Both the position numbers and the translations under genes were made by a program. DNA of 64,000 bases, from the NCBI GenBank assembly GCA_026195255.1, contig JAPHSS010000005.1, positions 32,008-96,007 on the forward strand, given 5' to 3'. Shown here in pieces: positions 22,950 through 33,751 of this stretch (positions are counted from its first letter, which is position 1; the number at the start of each line of letters is the position of its first letter). Below the pieces are notes generated by a model. The model saw only the letters and a program-made list of their open reading frames with translations. It searched no databases and was not told the origin of the DNA. This stretch comes from Gammaproteobacteria bacterium. GTDB taxonomy: Bacteria > Pseudomonadota > Gammaproteobacteria > SZUA-229.

Positions 22950-23384
22950 ATGAGTGATTCTCAGTTAATTGTATGTCCAGCCTGTGCAGCCATAAACCGT
23001 ATACCCGCTACACGATTAACAGAACAACCTAAATGCGGTAAATGCCATAAACCTCTGTTTAGTGCCCGGCCATTAGAATTAAACTCGGCTACATTTCAGA
23101 AACATATTAGTAAAAACGATATACCTGTACTGGTCGACTTTTGGGCTCCATGGTGTGGACCCTGTAAAATGATGGCACCGGCGTTTGAACAGGCATCTAA
23201 GGAGCTGGAACCGTCAGTCCGTCTTGCTAAGCTGAATACTGAAAATGAACAATCTATCGGCGCACAATACAATATACGCAGTATTCCTACTTTAGCCATA
23301 TTCAAAAATGGTAAAGAAATTGCCCGACAACCTGGTGCCATGAGTAAGGATGATATTGTACGCTGGGCAAAGTCACATATTTGA
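22950..23384 (+). CDS. trxC: Thioredoxin 2 (N-terminal zinc-finger CXXC-X-CXXC plus WCGPC active site)
   Basis: CPACAA...CGKCH followed by WAPWCGPC. Confidence 0.8.
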   Translation: MSDSQLIVCPACAAINRIPATRLTEQPKCGKCHKPLFSARPLELNSATFQKHISKNDIPVLVDFWAPWCGPCKMMAPAFEQASKELEPSVRLAKLNTENEQSIGAQYNIRSIPTLAIFKNGKEIARQPGAMSKDDIVRWAKSHI

Positions 23385-23448
23385 TAACCTATGTTGTCAA
23401 CTAACATCAGTCTACGCATCTGAAAACATCACACTTTTCAGGTTTATT

Positions 23449-23907
23449 CTATTTACCTGACGATATCAGTAATGCCATAATCTCTCGCCAACCCGCTTCC
23501 GCATGCGGGCCGGCTTGCTTAAACACTTTCTCAAACCGTTTACGCTGCTCTTCAGATAATTCAAATTCCAGCTTTTCACCTTTATTACTCAAGCTAATTC
23601 GCTTTACACGTTTGTCCCTGGTATCCGCTTTTACAACAACATAACCTGCTTCTGTTAACTGTCTTAATGGACGATTTAAATACTGTTTACTGATGCCCAT
23701 TACATCAAGTAACTCATTAACACTGGTTTCAGGGTGCTGGGCAATAAAATACAAAATACGGTGGTGCACACGTGAATATGATATTTCTGCCAGCCGAGCA
23801 TCTGGTTTAGCAATTAACGCTCTGTACCCGAAATGAATTGCCTCAAGTGCATCATTTAACTCTGTATTACGACTCTTTTGAGGATTTTTTTTACTTAAGT
23901 CAATCAT
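23449..23907 (-). CDS. MarR-family transcriptional regulator
   Basis: Winged-HTH MarR pattern. ~150 aa. Confidence 0.75.
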   Translation of the reverse strand: MIDLSKKNPQKSRNTELNDALEAIHFGYRALIAKPDARLAEISYSRVHHRILYFIAQHPETSVNELLDVMGISKQYLNRPLRQLTEAGYVVVKADTRDKRVKRISLSNKGEKLEFELSEEQRKRFEKVFKQAGPHAEAGWREIMALLISSGK

Positions 23908-23974
23908 ATTGACATAATAACACAGGCCATGTAAAAATAAAGGTCACCTATATTGACAAATAAATGGAACAAAC

Positions 23975-24835
23975 ATGTCTACCGAAGCTATTTGCTGGAT
24001 TAACAACAAAATAATTCCGCTTAAGGATGCAACGATTTCAGTTATGGATCACGGGCTATTATATGGTGATGGTGTTTTTGAAGGTATTCGTTTTTATAAT
24101 AACAAAGCTTTCTTATTAGAAGCACATATTAAACGTCTCAACGCTTCAGCAAAAGCATTAGCCCTTAAGTTACCAAAAAGCATTAATGAATTAACTGCGT
24201 TGGTAACAGCACTGGTAAATGCTTACCAGAATGAGTCAGGTTACATTCGTTTAATAGTGACACGAGGTAAAGGCCCGTTAGGTATTAACCCTGCCCTATG
24301 TCAGGAACCAGAATTAATCATAATCGCCAGCCCTTTAAGCATGTCAGATGAACAGGCACAAACTGAGGGCATACGAACAATTACAGCTTCTACACGGCGC
24401 ATCCCTGCAGACTGTTTAGACCCGCGTATTAAAAGCCTTAATTACCTTAATGCAATTCTTGCAAAAATAGAAGCTAACAATGCCGGAGTACAGGAAGCAA
24501 TCATGCTTAATCAACAAGGTTATGTGACAGAAGGCAGTGTTGATAATATATTTATTGTGTCTGATGGCGAGTTATATACCACACCTTCTATAGACGGTTC
24601 ACTAGCGGGTATTACACGTCAGCAGATATTAAAACTGGCAAATGAGTCAGGTATAAAAACACATATAGAAACATTGGCTGTTTATGATATTTACGCAGCT
24701 GATGAATGTTTTTTAACGGGCACAGGTGCCGAGCTAATTCCTGTTAATGAAGTTGATGGTCGGAAGTATGCGAACTGTCCAGGTGATATTTTTAAACAAC
24801 TTAAAGCACTATATAAGGAAAGTTGTTATAACTAA
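23975..24835 (+). CDS. Class IV (fold-type IV) PLP aminotransferase (D-amino-acid / branched-chain aminotransferase family)
   Basis: LYGDGVFEGIR motif. 286 aa. Confidence 0.7.
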   Translation: MSTEAICWINNKIIPLKDATISVMDHGLLYGDGVFEGIRFYNNKAFLLEAHIKRLNASAKALALKLPKSINELTALVTALVNAYQNESGYIRLIVTRGKGPLGINPALCQEPELIIIASPLSMSDEQAQTEGIRTITASTRRIPADCLDPRIKSLNYLNAILAKIEANNAGVQEAIMLNQQGYVTEGSVDNIFIVSDGELYTTPSIDGSLAGITRQQILKLANESGIKTHIETLAVYDIYAADECFLTGTGAELIPVNEVDGRKYANCPGDIFKQLKALYKESCYN

Positions 24836-25798
24836 TCAGGTTTTATTCTTAATCAATTTATCTAACTTTTCATCAGCGGTATCAATATTCAACTGTATCC
24901 ACAAGGGTAAATGATCTGAAAGCTCATAGGTGAATTTTGATTTAGTCATATTTTTGTAGGGTGTTAGTGATTTATAATTATTTTTATAAAAATCCAGCAC
25001 CCCACCTTTATCTGTAAACACCGAACCAGTTTGTTGAGGGTGATGTAAAATTTGATCATATCTTTTATTGGTAGCTAAATTGCTACCAAATTTTGACTTA
25101 ATAATGGCATCGGGTGCTTTTAAGCCATATTGGGAAACCGCTTCATACAGTTCTGACTCATAACTATCAATATTAAAATCCCCCATAAGAATAATATCTC
25201 GATCTACTCTGTACTCATCTTTTAAATATTCTTTTACCCATTTTGCGAGTGCTTCCAGTTCATTTTTTCTACCGCCTCTTGTACCCCACTGTAAATGAAC
25301 CGAGAGCACAACGAAATCAAACGAACCCGCCTTAAACGAACCCATATAAGGTTTTCTCCACCAGGAAAAAGTCGGCTCGTATACTCCGCTTATTTTGTTC
25401 TTCTTTCTAGGTCCGTCTGTTTCTGCAGACATTCCGGTAAACTGAATTGAGCGGGTATCATATATATAAGCAATGCGCTCCTTATTACCACCAGCATCTG
25501 CAATATAATCTGAATAAATAGCACACCAGTACTCACCGAGTAAATTTAAAACATATTTTAATTCAGATACATTACGGCGTAACTCAACAACTGATATTAA
25601 ATCAAATTGCTGCAAGATCTCCGCAATATAATGCAATGAACATTTTTTACGTTTCTTTTGCCCCCAATGTCGAATATTCCAGGTGGCAATATTTACGGTT
25701 TTATCGAGTTTTGATGTAGGAATTTCAGCCAGTTTTATACGCTTACGAATAAGTTTAAGGGCTTTTAATTCATCTAGTTTTAATGGGGAGTGATCCAT
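24836..25798 (-). CDS. Endonuclease/exonuclease/phosphatase (EEP)-family protein
   Basis: N-terminal motif IATWNIRHWG. The start is set at the internal Met (MDHSPLK), which is preceded by an AAGGA. Confidence 0.65.
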   Translation of the reverse strand: MDHSPLKLDELKALKLIRKRIKLAEIPTSKLDKTVNIATWNIRHWGQKKRKKCSLHYIAEILQQFDLISVVELRRNVSELKYVLNLLGEYWCAIYSDYIADAGGNKERIAYIYDTRSIQFTGMSAETDGPRKKNKISGVYEPTFSWWRKPYMGSFKAGSFDFVVLSVHLQWGTRGGRKNELEALAKWVKEYLKDEYRVDRDIILMGDFNIDSYESELYEAVSQYGLKAPDAIIKSKFGSNLATNKRYDQILHHPQQTGSVFTDKGGVLDFYKNNYKSLTPYKNMTKSKFTYELSDHLPLWIQLNIDTADEKLDKLIKNKT

Positions 25799-25935
25799 GC
25801 ACACATCCTTATAGCGTGATAATGACAGTATCAATAGACTAACAGGATGCAACCGATATTTGCAATTAACAATTAATAACAAATTTGCTTATTAATGATA
25901 CGCGCATCATCAGGTATCAGTTTAATTAATGAGCT

Positions 25936-26640
25936 TTAAAACTGCATTAAACCAGCAAGCAAGCCTATTAATCCACCAAACACACCACCCCACACAACTA
26001 ACCATCCCAGGTGCTTTTTAATCATCTGCTGAATAATTTCTTTAACCAGTTGTGGTGTTAGTTCGTTTAACCTTTTCTCAACGATATCTTCAATTTGTTG
26101 GCGTATTTCAGACATCACATCTGGTTGCTCAATCTCATCACGAAGCAGTTGTTGAAAAGTTTCTTCTTTCGTCATCTTAATCAATGACATTTTCATATTT
26201 ACAATAAAAGGTTCTTTTAATGGCGTAAGCGCATCCTGACCACCAAACATACCTAACATACTTCCGAACGAAGACTCCATTATCACTTTAACAAGAGTAT
26301 CAAACGAAGGTGATAAATCTACTTTTTCTATTACTGGAGCCAGGTGAAAATCACTTTCTTTACCTGGACTTTGTAAAAAACGGTCAATATTCTCACTCGT
26401 GAAAAACTGACTCATCATTAAATCTTTAATCGCCAGTTTAAAATCCTCAAAACGTGCTGGTATTACACCTGAGCCATACAAGCCAGGCACCTTTTCAAAT
26501 AACATATGAATGGCCAACCAGTTAGTAAGCGCACCCGACAGAGCAAACAACCCTATACTTAAAACAAGCTGATGTCCGAAGATATAAGCTAAAACAACAA
26601 TAATAATGGCTAGGCCATTAGTAATAACACTTTTATTCAT
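25936..26640 (-). CDS. Membrane protein (DUF445-like)
   Basis: TM helices at both ends. Confidence 0.5.
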   Translation of the reverse strand: MNKSVITNGLAIIIVVLAYIFGHQLVLSIGLFALSGALTNWLAIHMLFEKVPGLYGSGVIPARFEDFKLAIKDLMMSQFFTSENIDRFLQSPGKESDFHLAPVIEKVDLSPSFDTLVKVIMESSFGSMLGMFGGQDALTPLKEPFIVNMKMSLIKMTKEETFQQLLRDEIEQPDVMSEIRQQIEDIVEKRLNELTPQLVKEIIQQMIKKHLGWLVVWGGVFGGLIGLLAGLMQF

Positions 26641-27223
26641 AAATTAACCTGCTTAAAAAAAGGGGGGAGAAACTAAATCTGAGTATATTTTACAGAATGT
26701 TGTTAAATTCTCCATACTCATAGTTTGGTATATGTTCAAGATTATGGGTTCAATTAACTGATAAACGTTTTATCATAAATTAAATAAATAACGAATACTG
26801 AGTGACTTACAACGTATCAAGCTGATGAAATAGACCTTAATCTGTAAACACAAAGTCGTGACGACTGCACAATACTATTTAGCATAAAGGACATGTGTTT
26901 TATATCGAATTCACCAGGTTTATTTAGACTGTGGCATAGTATTTTTGATGTTATACCGTAAATAGCGTACCTGATGCATATTTAGAAAAAGCTGAAACAA
27001 AACTTCTGAGACAACAAGTTGTTCTTGAAGAAGGTTTTCAAACTACTATTGATAGTGTAAATTTGGCAGAAGCCACAAATGTTGACCGCATATTAATTAA
27101 AGATAATAAACTAACTATTATCTACTTTGCTTCAGCTTCAAAGGTAAGTAGATTTGGCGTTTCAAAGAAAGTTAAACTTATCACCGCAGGTGATTACCAA
27201 CAAGCTATTAAAAGGTGAGATAT

Positions 27224-27577
27224 CTAGTTTTTAACCGAGTAATTATTCATTATATATAGAGTCTGATCCTTAATAATACTAAGGGGTAATGGGGTATCTA
27301 ACTCTAATCCAGCGAATTCGTGATCAATACGTACAACCTGCCCACTAAGATCGAACTCCCTGCCATCTGGAAAAGCGATAATAGCGGTTAATTTATCATC
27401 CACCATAAAAGCCGGATCGTCATCAATCCTGAACTTCATACCGTGCTCAGAAACATCCTCGATCTCATAGTTGTCAATATCAATCATTAGAGAAGGACGA
27501 TGAGAGCGAGGGTAAGACAGACGAAAATATTCTCGTTGGTTATATTCTTTCATTTTGACCCTCAACGTATTTTTCAT
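27224..27577 (-). CDS. PilZ-domain protein (putative c-di-GMP receptor)
   Basis: RXXXR (REYFR) and DXSXXG (DVSEHG) motifs. Confidence 0.6.
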   Translation of the reverse strand: MKNTLRVKMKEYNQREYFRLSYPRSHRPSLMIDIDNYEIEDVSEHGMKFRIDDDPAFMVDDKLTAIIAFPDGREFDLSGQVVRIDHEFAGLELDTPLPLSIIKDQTLYIMNNYSVKN

Positions 27578-28030
27578 TTATGATTATAATACTAGTAGAT
27601 ACACACTATTTAAGCAAAACAAATATAATTAAGATTTATCATTAATTATCAATATATTAAGGCTATTTACTATCACCCAAACGAATGCTTTTGGGTTTAT
27701 TTTTGATGATTACTCTTAGTACTCTAAGTAATAATATTATCGGAGAATTATGCTTAACTTTAAACGATAAATAATTTTAACGGCATATTTACAGCAAATT
27801 TAGCCAATTAACTTAATTATGTGACATATTGTACCTGAAATGGACATCATATGTCCCCAGAAAATACTCTAGACCAGGCACTATAAATTCAGACAAAAAT
27901 TGCTATAATTATTTCAGCAAGTTCTACCCGAACAAGTGATTACAAATAAGTAATATATGGTTATATTGACTAAAGATAAATGACGTACGGGAAAGTGTAA
28001 TTATTACACCGGGCCCAAGGAGAAGTATTT

Positions 28031-28345
28031 ATGTCTAAATTATCAGATAACATTATAGAAAAACGATTCAGCCCAAGGGCTGCAATTAATGGTCAAATTA
28101 AATATCGCTTAGCTGATGAGAGTAATTTAAGCTCTGGAATTTTGCTTAATGTAAGCCAGACCGGTGCATTAATTGGATTAAAACACAAAGTACCTGAAAA
28201 TACTGTTTTAACAATATTAATGGAATCTCATCTAGACGATGAACCTCCCGTAGAAATATCAACGAAAATTATTCGCACAGAAAATGACTGCGAAGATCAT
28301 GCTTATTGTTATGGCTGTAAAATAATTGATGTAAAAGATTTTTAA
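28031..28345 (+). CDS. PilZ-domain protein (putative c-di-GMP receptor)
   Basis: RXXXR (RFSPR) and NXSXXG (NVSQTG) motifs. Good RBS (AAGGAG). Confidence 0.6.
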   Translation: MSKLSDNIIEKRFSPRAAINGQIKYRLADESNLSSGILLNVSQTGALIGLKHKVPENTVLTILMESHLDDEPPVEISTKIIRTENDCEDHAYCYGCKIIDVKDF

Positions 28346-28429
28346 ATTTAAAGACTTAACAACAACACTGTTTGAGTATTATAAAATTTAATAATTAATT
28401 ACTGATAGTTGGTAACACATCAAATAATT

Positions 28430-28795
28430 TTATTGTTTATCAAGATACTCTGCTTCATGAAGTTTTTCCTGAGATACAACTTCACCGCTACAGACTTTTA
28501 GCATAAGTGCAGATTGATTTTTAGTTTCATAGTTTTCAAGCTCAGATATTATATTGTAATGTGCTTCTATTGCTGTTTTCAACATCATACGTAAACGTCT
28601 GTTAATTAAACCGACACCTTTTTCTGAGAAGTTTTTTTCAAAAACATCAGCTGCATTCAATAACGCATCACAGGCTACAAGATTGCACTCAGAATTAGGT
28701 GTCTTTGGATAAGCAATAGCAGCAAAATTACGTAAAGCTGTACAAATAATAACACTCATTTCTTCACTGCATTTTATTTCAATATACCGAGGCAT
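28430..28795 (-). CDS. Hypothetical protein immediately downstream of serB
   Basis: ORF lies 36 nt after the serB stop. Confidence 0.4.
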   Translation of the reverse strand: MPRYIEIKCSEEMSVIICTALRNFAAIAYPKTPNSECNLVACDALLNAADVFEKNFSEKGVGLINRRLRMMLKTAIEAHYNIISELENYETKNQSALMLKVCSGEVVSQEKLHEAEYLDKQ

Positions 28796-28831
28796 AAAAT
28801 ATTTCCATTAAGCATTTAAACTAAACAAACC

Positions 28832-30073
28832 TTACTTTTGACTAGTCTCCAGCTCAGCTAATTCTCGATCACGTATACCCAGCAAATATAAAATCGCATC
28901 CAGACCTAGATTTGCAATAGAATGTTTAGCCTGTTCTTTTACGAGAGGTTTAGCATGAAAAGCTATACCTAATCCCGCAATGGCCAACATGGGTAAATCA
29001 TTTGCACCATCACCAACGGCTATAACCTGCTCAGTACTAATTCCTTCTTGCTGTGCAATTTGCTGTAATAGTTTCGCTTTCATCTGGCCATCAACAATAT
29101 CACCTTTCACCTTGCCGGTTAATTTACCGTTTTCGAAATCAAGTTGATTAGCATAAACATAATCAACACCCAGTTTTTCTTTAAGAAAATCAGCAAAATA
29201 AGTGAAGCCACCAGAAAGAATAGCGACCTTATAACCAAAGTGACGCAAATGGCTTATCAATCTAGCTGCGCCTTCAGTAACAGGCAGTTTTTCAGCAATG
29301 CCCTGTAAAACTGATTCATCCAGGCCTTTTAATAAAGCCATTCGTTGTCGAAAGCTTTCTGAAAAGTCTATTTCACCACGCATCGCAGACTCAGTAATCG
29401 CCGCAACCTGTTCACCTACTCCGGCAGCCTTAGCCAGCTCATCTATCACTTCAACCTGTATCAAAGTAGAGTCCATATCAAAACACACCAGTCGCCTGCT
29501 TCGCCGATAAAGATTATCTTCCTGCACCGCTACGTCAAGATCCAGCTGCTGAGTAATCTGCAAAAACCTGGCATGCATAGACGGCACATCCTGAACATCT
29601 CCGCTCAAAGTTAATTGTACTGATGCGCCACGTGGTAACGATGACTGATCATCCTCCGACAAAGACAAACGGCCAGATAGACGAGTAATCTGTTCAATAT
29701 TAAAACCATGTTCACCTACTACCTCAGTCACCTTACTCAAATGTTTTGCGGTGATCTGCCTTCCCAACAGGGTGACAATGTGTTTCGCCTGACCCTGAGC
29801 ATTAACCCAGTGCTGATATTCATCTTTTGTAATTGGCGTGAAACGCGCGTTAAGATTTAACTCATGAGCCTTAAACAGGATATCTTTAAATACTGAACAG
29901 TTTTTATCATCATCAGGTGACTCAATTAAAAAGCCTAACGTCAAACTTTCATGAATAACCGATTGCCCTATATCAAGCACATTTATATCGTAATTAGCCA
30001 AAATACCAGTTAGAGCCGAAGTTAAACCCCTTCGATCCTGGCCCGAGATAGTAATTAAAACAACCTCTGACAT
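28832..30073 (-). CDS. serB: Phosphoserine phosphatase SerB with N-terminal ACT-like regulatory region
   Basis: HAD motif I FDMDSTL. Typical SerB C-terminal motifs. 413 aa. Confidence 0.85.
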   Translation of the reverse strand: MSEVVLITISGQDRRGLTSALTGILANYDINVLDIGQSVIHESLTLGFLIESPDDDKNCSVFKDILFKAHELNLNARFTPITKDEYQHWVNAQGQAKHIVTLLGRQITAKHLSKVTEVVGEHGFNIEQITRLSGRLSLSEDDQSSLPRGASVQLTLSGDVQDVPSMHARFLQITQQLDLDVAVQEDNLYRRSRRLVCFDMDSTLIQVEVIDELAKAAGVGEQVAAITESAMRGEIDFSESFRQRMALLKGLDESVLQGIAEKLPVTEGAARLISHLRHFGYKVAILSGGFTYFADFLKEKLGVDYVYANQLDFENGKLTGKVKGDIVDGQMKAKLLQQIAQQEGISTEQVIAVGDGANDLPMLAIAGLGIAFHAKPLVKEQAKHSIANLGLDAILYLLGIRDRELAELETSQK

Positions 30074-30230
30074 TTACCACCCCTTAATATGAATTAGTTT
30101 AATCTTCTGTATAGATACTTAAGTATCTATACAGAATGCACGATTTTATCAGATTAAGGGCAAGAATTAAAAAAAATGGACAGAGGGGGTTAATTAATAA
30201 TTTGTTTATTACACATATGCAATATTCAAG

Positions 30231-30653
30231 CTAAACAGACTTCTTTCGATGTGAAAATTCTTTGATATCCCTGACAACTTCATTGAAGGGAAAATCCAGC
30301 ACATTCCCATACATGATCTCAGCCTGCTGCATTACATTTAAGACATCTGGTATAGTATCAGGCTGAGCGGATATAACTCGCTGCATACCAATCAAACCTC
30401 CACATCGAATTTTCATTAACTGCATATGAGTTAATTCCTGATCTGGCTTACTAATACCCAGAATAAAGCAGGATTGCTTCTTTAACACATCCACCAGCTC
30501 ATAACAGCCAGCCAGATACTGATCAGATTTCAAACAGGTCATTTTACCAGCACAGCGCTCATCTAGATTGGCGTACTGGCATTTGCACCAGCTTCCGATT
30601 ATGGGTTTTGAAAATGGGCAAAGCGTTTTTTTCATAAATCTATAGCTAAACAT
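30231..30653 (-). CDS. Cysteine-rich hypothetical protein (possible metal-binding)
   Basis: Seven or more Cys residues in the N-terminal half. The start may instead be the internal MKKTL at 30635. Confidence 0.4.
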   Translation of the reverse strand: MFSYRFMKKTLCPFSKPIIGSWCKCQYANLDERCAGKMTCLKSDQYLAGCYELVDVLKKQSCFILGISKPDQELTHMQLMKIRCGGLIGMQRVISAQPDTIPDVLNVMQQAEIMYGNVLDFPFNEVVRDIKEFSHRKKSV

Positions 30654-30801
30654 TATATAGGAAGATAAAACCTAACACAGACATGAAGTCTAAAACAGAG
30701 ATTTAATACACCAACTTGTCCGCTTGTGTTTGATAAAAGTATTTAAGAACTATTCAATATTAATCGAGCATCAACTGGCCCAACAGTTTAAACTACGCAA
30801 C

Positions 30802-31932
30802 ATGAATATATTTGAAATACCTCAGGGCCAGTTTACCCTAAATCGCTATCCTGTCCGTAAGGATGAACAGTTACAGGCCTGGGATGCTGCGGATGAATAC
30901 TTACTTTTACACTTACATGAACAGTCTCTGCTTACTGACTCATCTAAAATTCTTATATTGAATGATGCATTTGGTGCATTAAGTATAAGCCTGGCAGAAT
31001 ACGCACCCTGCTCTGTTTCAGACTCGTATGTGTCTCATCAGGCCATTATTGAGAATGCCAGGGTTAATTCAATAAGCCCGAAACAGATAAGTATTCAGAA
31101 TAATTTTCAATCAGTCAGCGGCATTGTCGATCTGCTCATTATAAAAATACCTAAAAACCTGGCAATGCTTGAGGATGAGTTATTCCGCATTCGTGATAAC
31201 TGCGATGAGAACACGGTCATTCTAGCCAGTGCAATGAGCAAACACATTCACTCATCTACACTTAAATTATTTGAACGCATCCTCGGCACAACCACAACCT
31301 CTCTGGCACGTAAAAAAGCTCGACTGGTTATGTGCAAACTTAATAAAGAACTCAAACCGGGTAAATCGCCCTACCCAGGCCAGTATAAAAATGATGTAAC
31401 TGATGAAGTTTACCTAAATCACGCCAATGTATTTTCTCGTGAAAAATTAGATCTTGGCAGCCGTTTCATGCTTGAGCACATACCACAATCAAATCACTAT
31501 ACAAACATACTCGATCTTGCCTGTGGCAATGGAGTATTAGGTATAACAGCTGCTCACCTTAATCCGATGGCAAAAGTACTTTTTGTTGACGAGTCCTTTA
31601 TGGCGGTTGAATCCGCCAGGTTAAATGCGAAAAATTTACTAGAAGATGATTCACATTGTGACTTTAAGGTAACTGATTGTTTACAGGGTATAGAGGATGC
31701 TTCCCTCGATTTAATTTTAAATAACCCGCCTTTTCATCAGAATCATGTTGTGGGTGATTTTATTGCCTGGCAGATGTTTAATGAAGCAAAAGAAAAATTA
31801 AAAGTCGGTGGCGAAATAATGATAGTGGGCAATCGACACCTCGGTTACCACATAAAACTGAAAAAACTATTCGGTCGTTGCGAAATGATTGCTAGCAATA
31901 AGAAGTTTGTTATTTTAAAAGCCGTTAAATAA
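30802..31932 (+). CDS. rlmG: 23S rRNA (guanine1835-N2)-methyltransferase RlmG
   Basis: SAM-binding motif ILDLACGNGVLG and NPPFH motif. The N-terminus resembles RlmG when the start is taken at MNIFEIP. Confidence 0.8.
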   Translation: MNIFEIPQGQFTLNRYPVRKDEQLQAWDAADEYLLLHLHEQSLLTDSSKILILNDAFGALSISLAEYAPCSVSDSYVSHQAIIENARVNSISPKQISIQNNFQSVSGIVDLLIIKIPKNLAMLEDELFRIRDNCDENTVILASAMSKHIHSSTLKLFERILGTTTTSLARKKARLVMCKLNKELKPGKSPYPGQYKNDVTDEVYLNHANVFSREKLDLGSRFMLEHIPQSNHYTNILDLACGNGVLGITAAHLNPMAKVLFVDESFMAVESARLNAKNLLEDDSHCDFKVTDCLQGIEDASLDLILNNPPFHQNHVVGDFIAWQMFNEAKEKLKVGGEIMIVGNRHLGYHIKLKKLFGRCEMIASNKKFVILKAVK

Positions 31933-31981
31933 TGTAAAAACACGCAAAGTAAACAATCATTCTCTGCGTGCTTTTTATATA

Positions 31982-33475
31982 TCATGTACCACAGAAAGTA
32001 TTTTCAACAACTTGCTCTGGCTCAGGGGGTAACATGTATTTATCCATCCCGGGCTGCAAGGTAAACGGGTCTTCTAACACAACATGCAACTTGTGAAACA
32101 AGGTAAAATCATTATTATCTTCCGCTGCTCTTATAACTTCTTCAATTAGATGATTTCGGGGAATATAAACAGGATTAACTGATTGCATATTAAGTTGACG
32201 TTCTTCATCAGTTGTAGTTTCTTCACTGAGGCGTAGTCGCCACCTACCTAACCAGGCCTCTATCGACTCTGTTTTATCAAATAATTTTTTCAGTTTTTCA
32301 TCTATGTCTGATTCGATTAGATTAAGTCGTGACAGGTAAAAGAACGTTAATGTAAAATCAGCATGGTTCATCTGCATGATTTCAAATAATGATTCGATTA
32401 GTTTTTTATCCTGGATATCACCAGCGTTATCATCAGACCTAACCAGGCCAAACTTAATACGCATGCCTTCTAACCAGGCTTTTTCATAACTCGTTTCATA
32501 AGATTGTAAAACCTCTTTTGCAAGCTCAACAGCTGTCTCTGTATCCTCTGCAAACAGCGGCACCAGGCATTCAGCAAGTCTGGTTAAGTTCCATAAACCA
32601 ATGGGCGGTTGCTGACTATATGCATAACGCCCCCCCCTGTCGATAAAACTATACACCTGATTATGATTAAACTCATCCATAAAAGCGCAGGGGCCATAGT
32701 CAATTGTCTCACCTGCAACCGACATATTATCCGTATTCATAACACCGTGAATAAAACCTAACTGCATCCACTGTGCAATTAATTTAGCCTGACGCTCTAC
32801 TACCGATTTAAAAAATTCAAGATAAAGATTATCAACACCATTAATATTTTGATAGTTACGCTCAATGACATAATCTGCCAATATCTTAATGGATTTAAGA
32901 TCACCTTTAGCAGCAAAATATTGAAATGTACCGACACGTACGAAACTGGATGCAACCCGTGTTAATATACCGCCTGGCCCAAGGGTTTCACGCGCCACTT
33001 CCTCGCCAGTTGTAACTGCAGCTAAGGCGCGTGTTGTAGGCACATTGAGTTTATACATTGCCTCACTCACCAGGTATTCACGCAAAACTGGCCCCAAAGC
33101 GGAACGCCCATCACCATTACGCGAATAGGCTGTTCGCCCTGAACCTTTTAACTGCACATCAAAAGTTTTACCATCAGGCGCATTAACCTCGCCCAGATAG
33201 ATAGCACGACCATCACCAAGCTGCGGATTAAAACTACCAAACTGAGAACCTGAATAAGCCATAGCCAACGGAATAGAACCTTCAGGCAACTGATTACCAG
33301 CGAAAATCAATGTAGCCTCCTGCAGGTTTGTATCCTCTATTGATAATCCCATCATGCTAGCAAGATTTTTATTAAACTTAATTAATGCAGGGGCTGTAAC
33401 TGGTACAGGTTTAGATTTTCTATAAAATTGACTTCCCAAGTCTAAAAAACGATTGTTTAATGGAATATGTTTCAA
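31982..33475 (-). CDS. selO: Protein adenylyltransferase SelO (YdiU/UPF0061)
   Basis: Conserved GDGRA, HGVMNTDNMS and QSVNP motifs. ~497 aa. Confidence 0.85.
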   Translation of the reverse strand: MKHIPLNNRFLDLGSQFYRKSKPVPVTAPALIKFNKNLASMMGLSIEDTNLQEATLIFAGNQLPEGSIPLAMAYSGSQFGSFNPQLGDGRAIYLGEVNAPDGKTFDVQLKGSGRTAYSRNGDGRSALGPVLREYLVSEAMYKLNVPTTRALAAVTTGEEVARETLGPGGILTRVASSFVRVGTFQYFAAKGDLKSIKILADYVIERNYQNINGVDNLYLEFFKSVVERQAKLIAQWMQLGFIHGVMNTDNMSVAGETIDYGPCAFMDEFNHNQVYSFIDRGGRYAYSQQPPIGLWNLTRLAECLVPLFAEDTETAVELAKEVLQSYETSYEKAWLEGMRIKFGLVRSDDNAGDIQDKKLIESLFEIMQMNHADFTLTFFYLSRLNLIESDIDEKLKKLFDKTESIEAWLGRWRLRLSEETTTDEERQLNMQSVNPVYIPRNHLIEEVIRAAEDNNDFTLFHKLHVVLEDPFTLQPGMDKYMLPPEPEQVVENTFCGT

Positions 33476-33751
33476 AATGATCTCTGATATCTGAAATATT
33501 AAGGGTATAAGCTGTAGTTTAACGTGTATACGAGAATAGATAGGCCTAAATATATTGTGGAATTACTTACTTTATTCAGGTGATTTAGTTAAAGATTAGA
33601 TCAGTTAATATTTGTTAATTTACGCAATGTATAATGATGACTGTATATTCAACGACATTTTATTACAATTTCCTCTCTACTCTTATATTAAAACATAAAT
33701 AGAGAAATCCTATAATTTTGCACCTTTGATAAAAAGACTAATCTGTAACAA

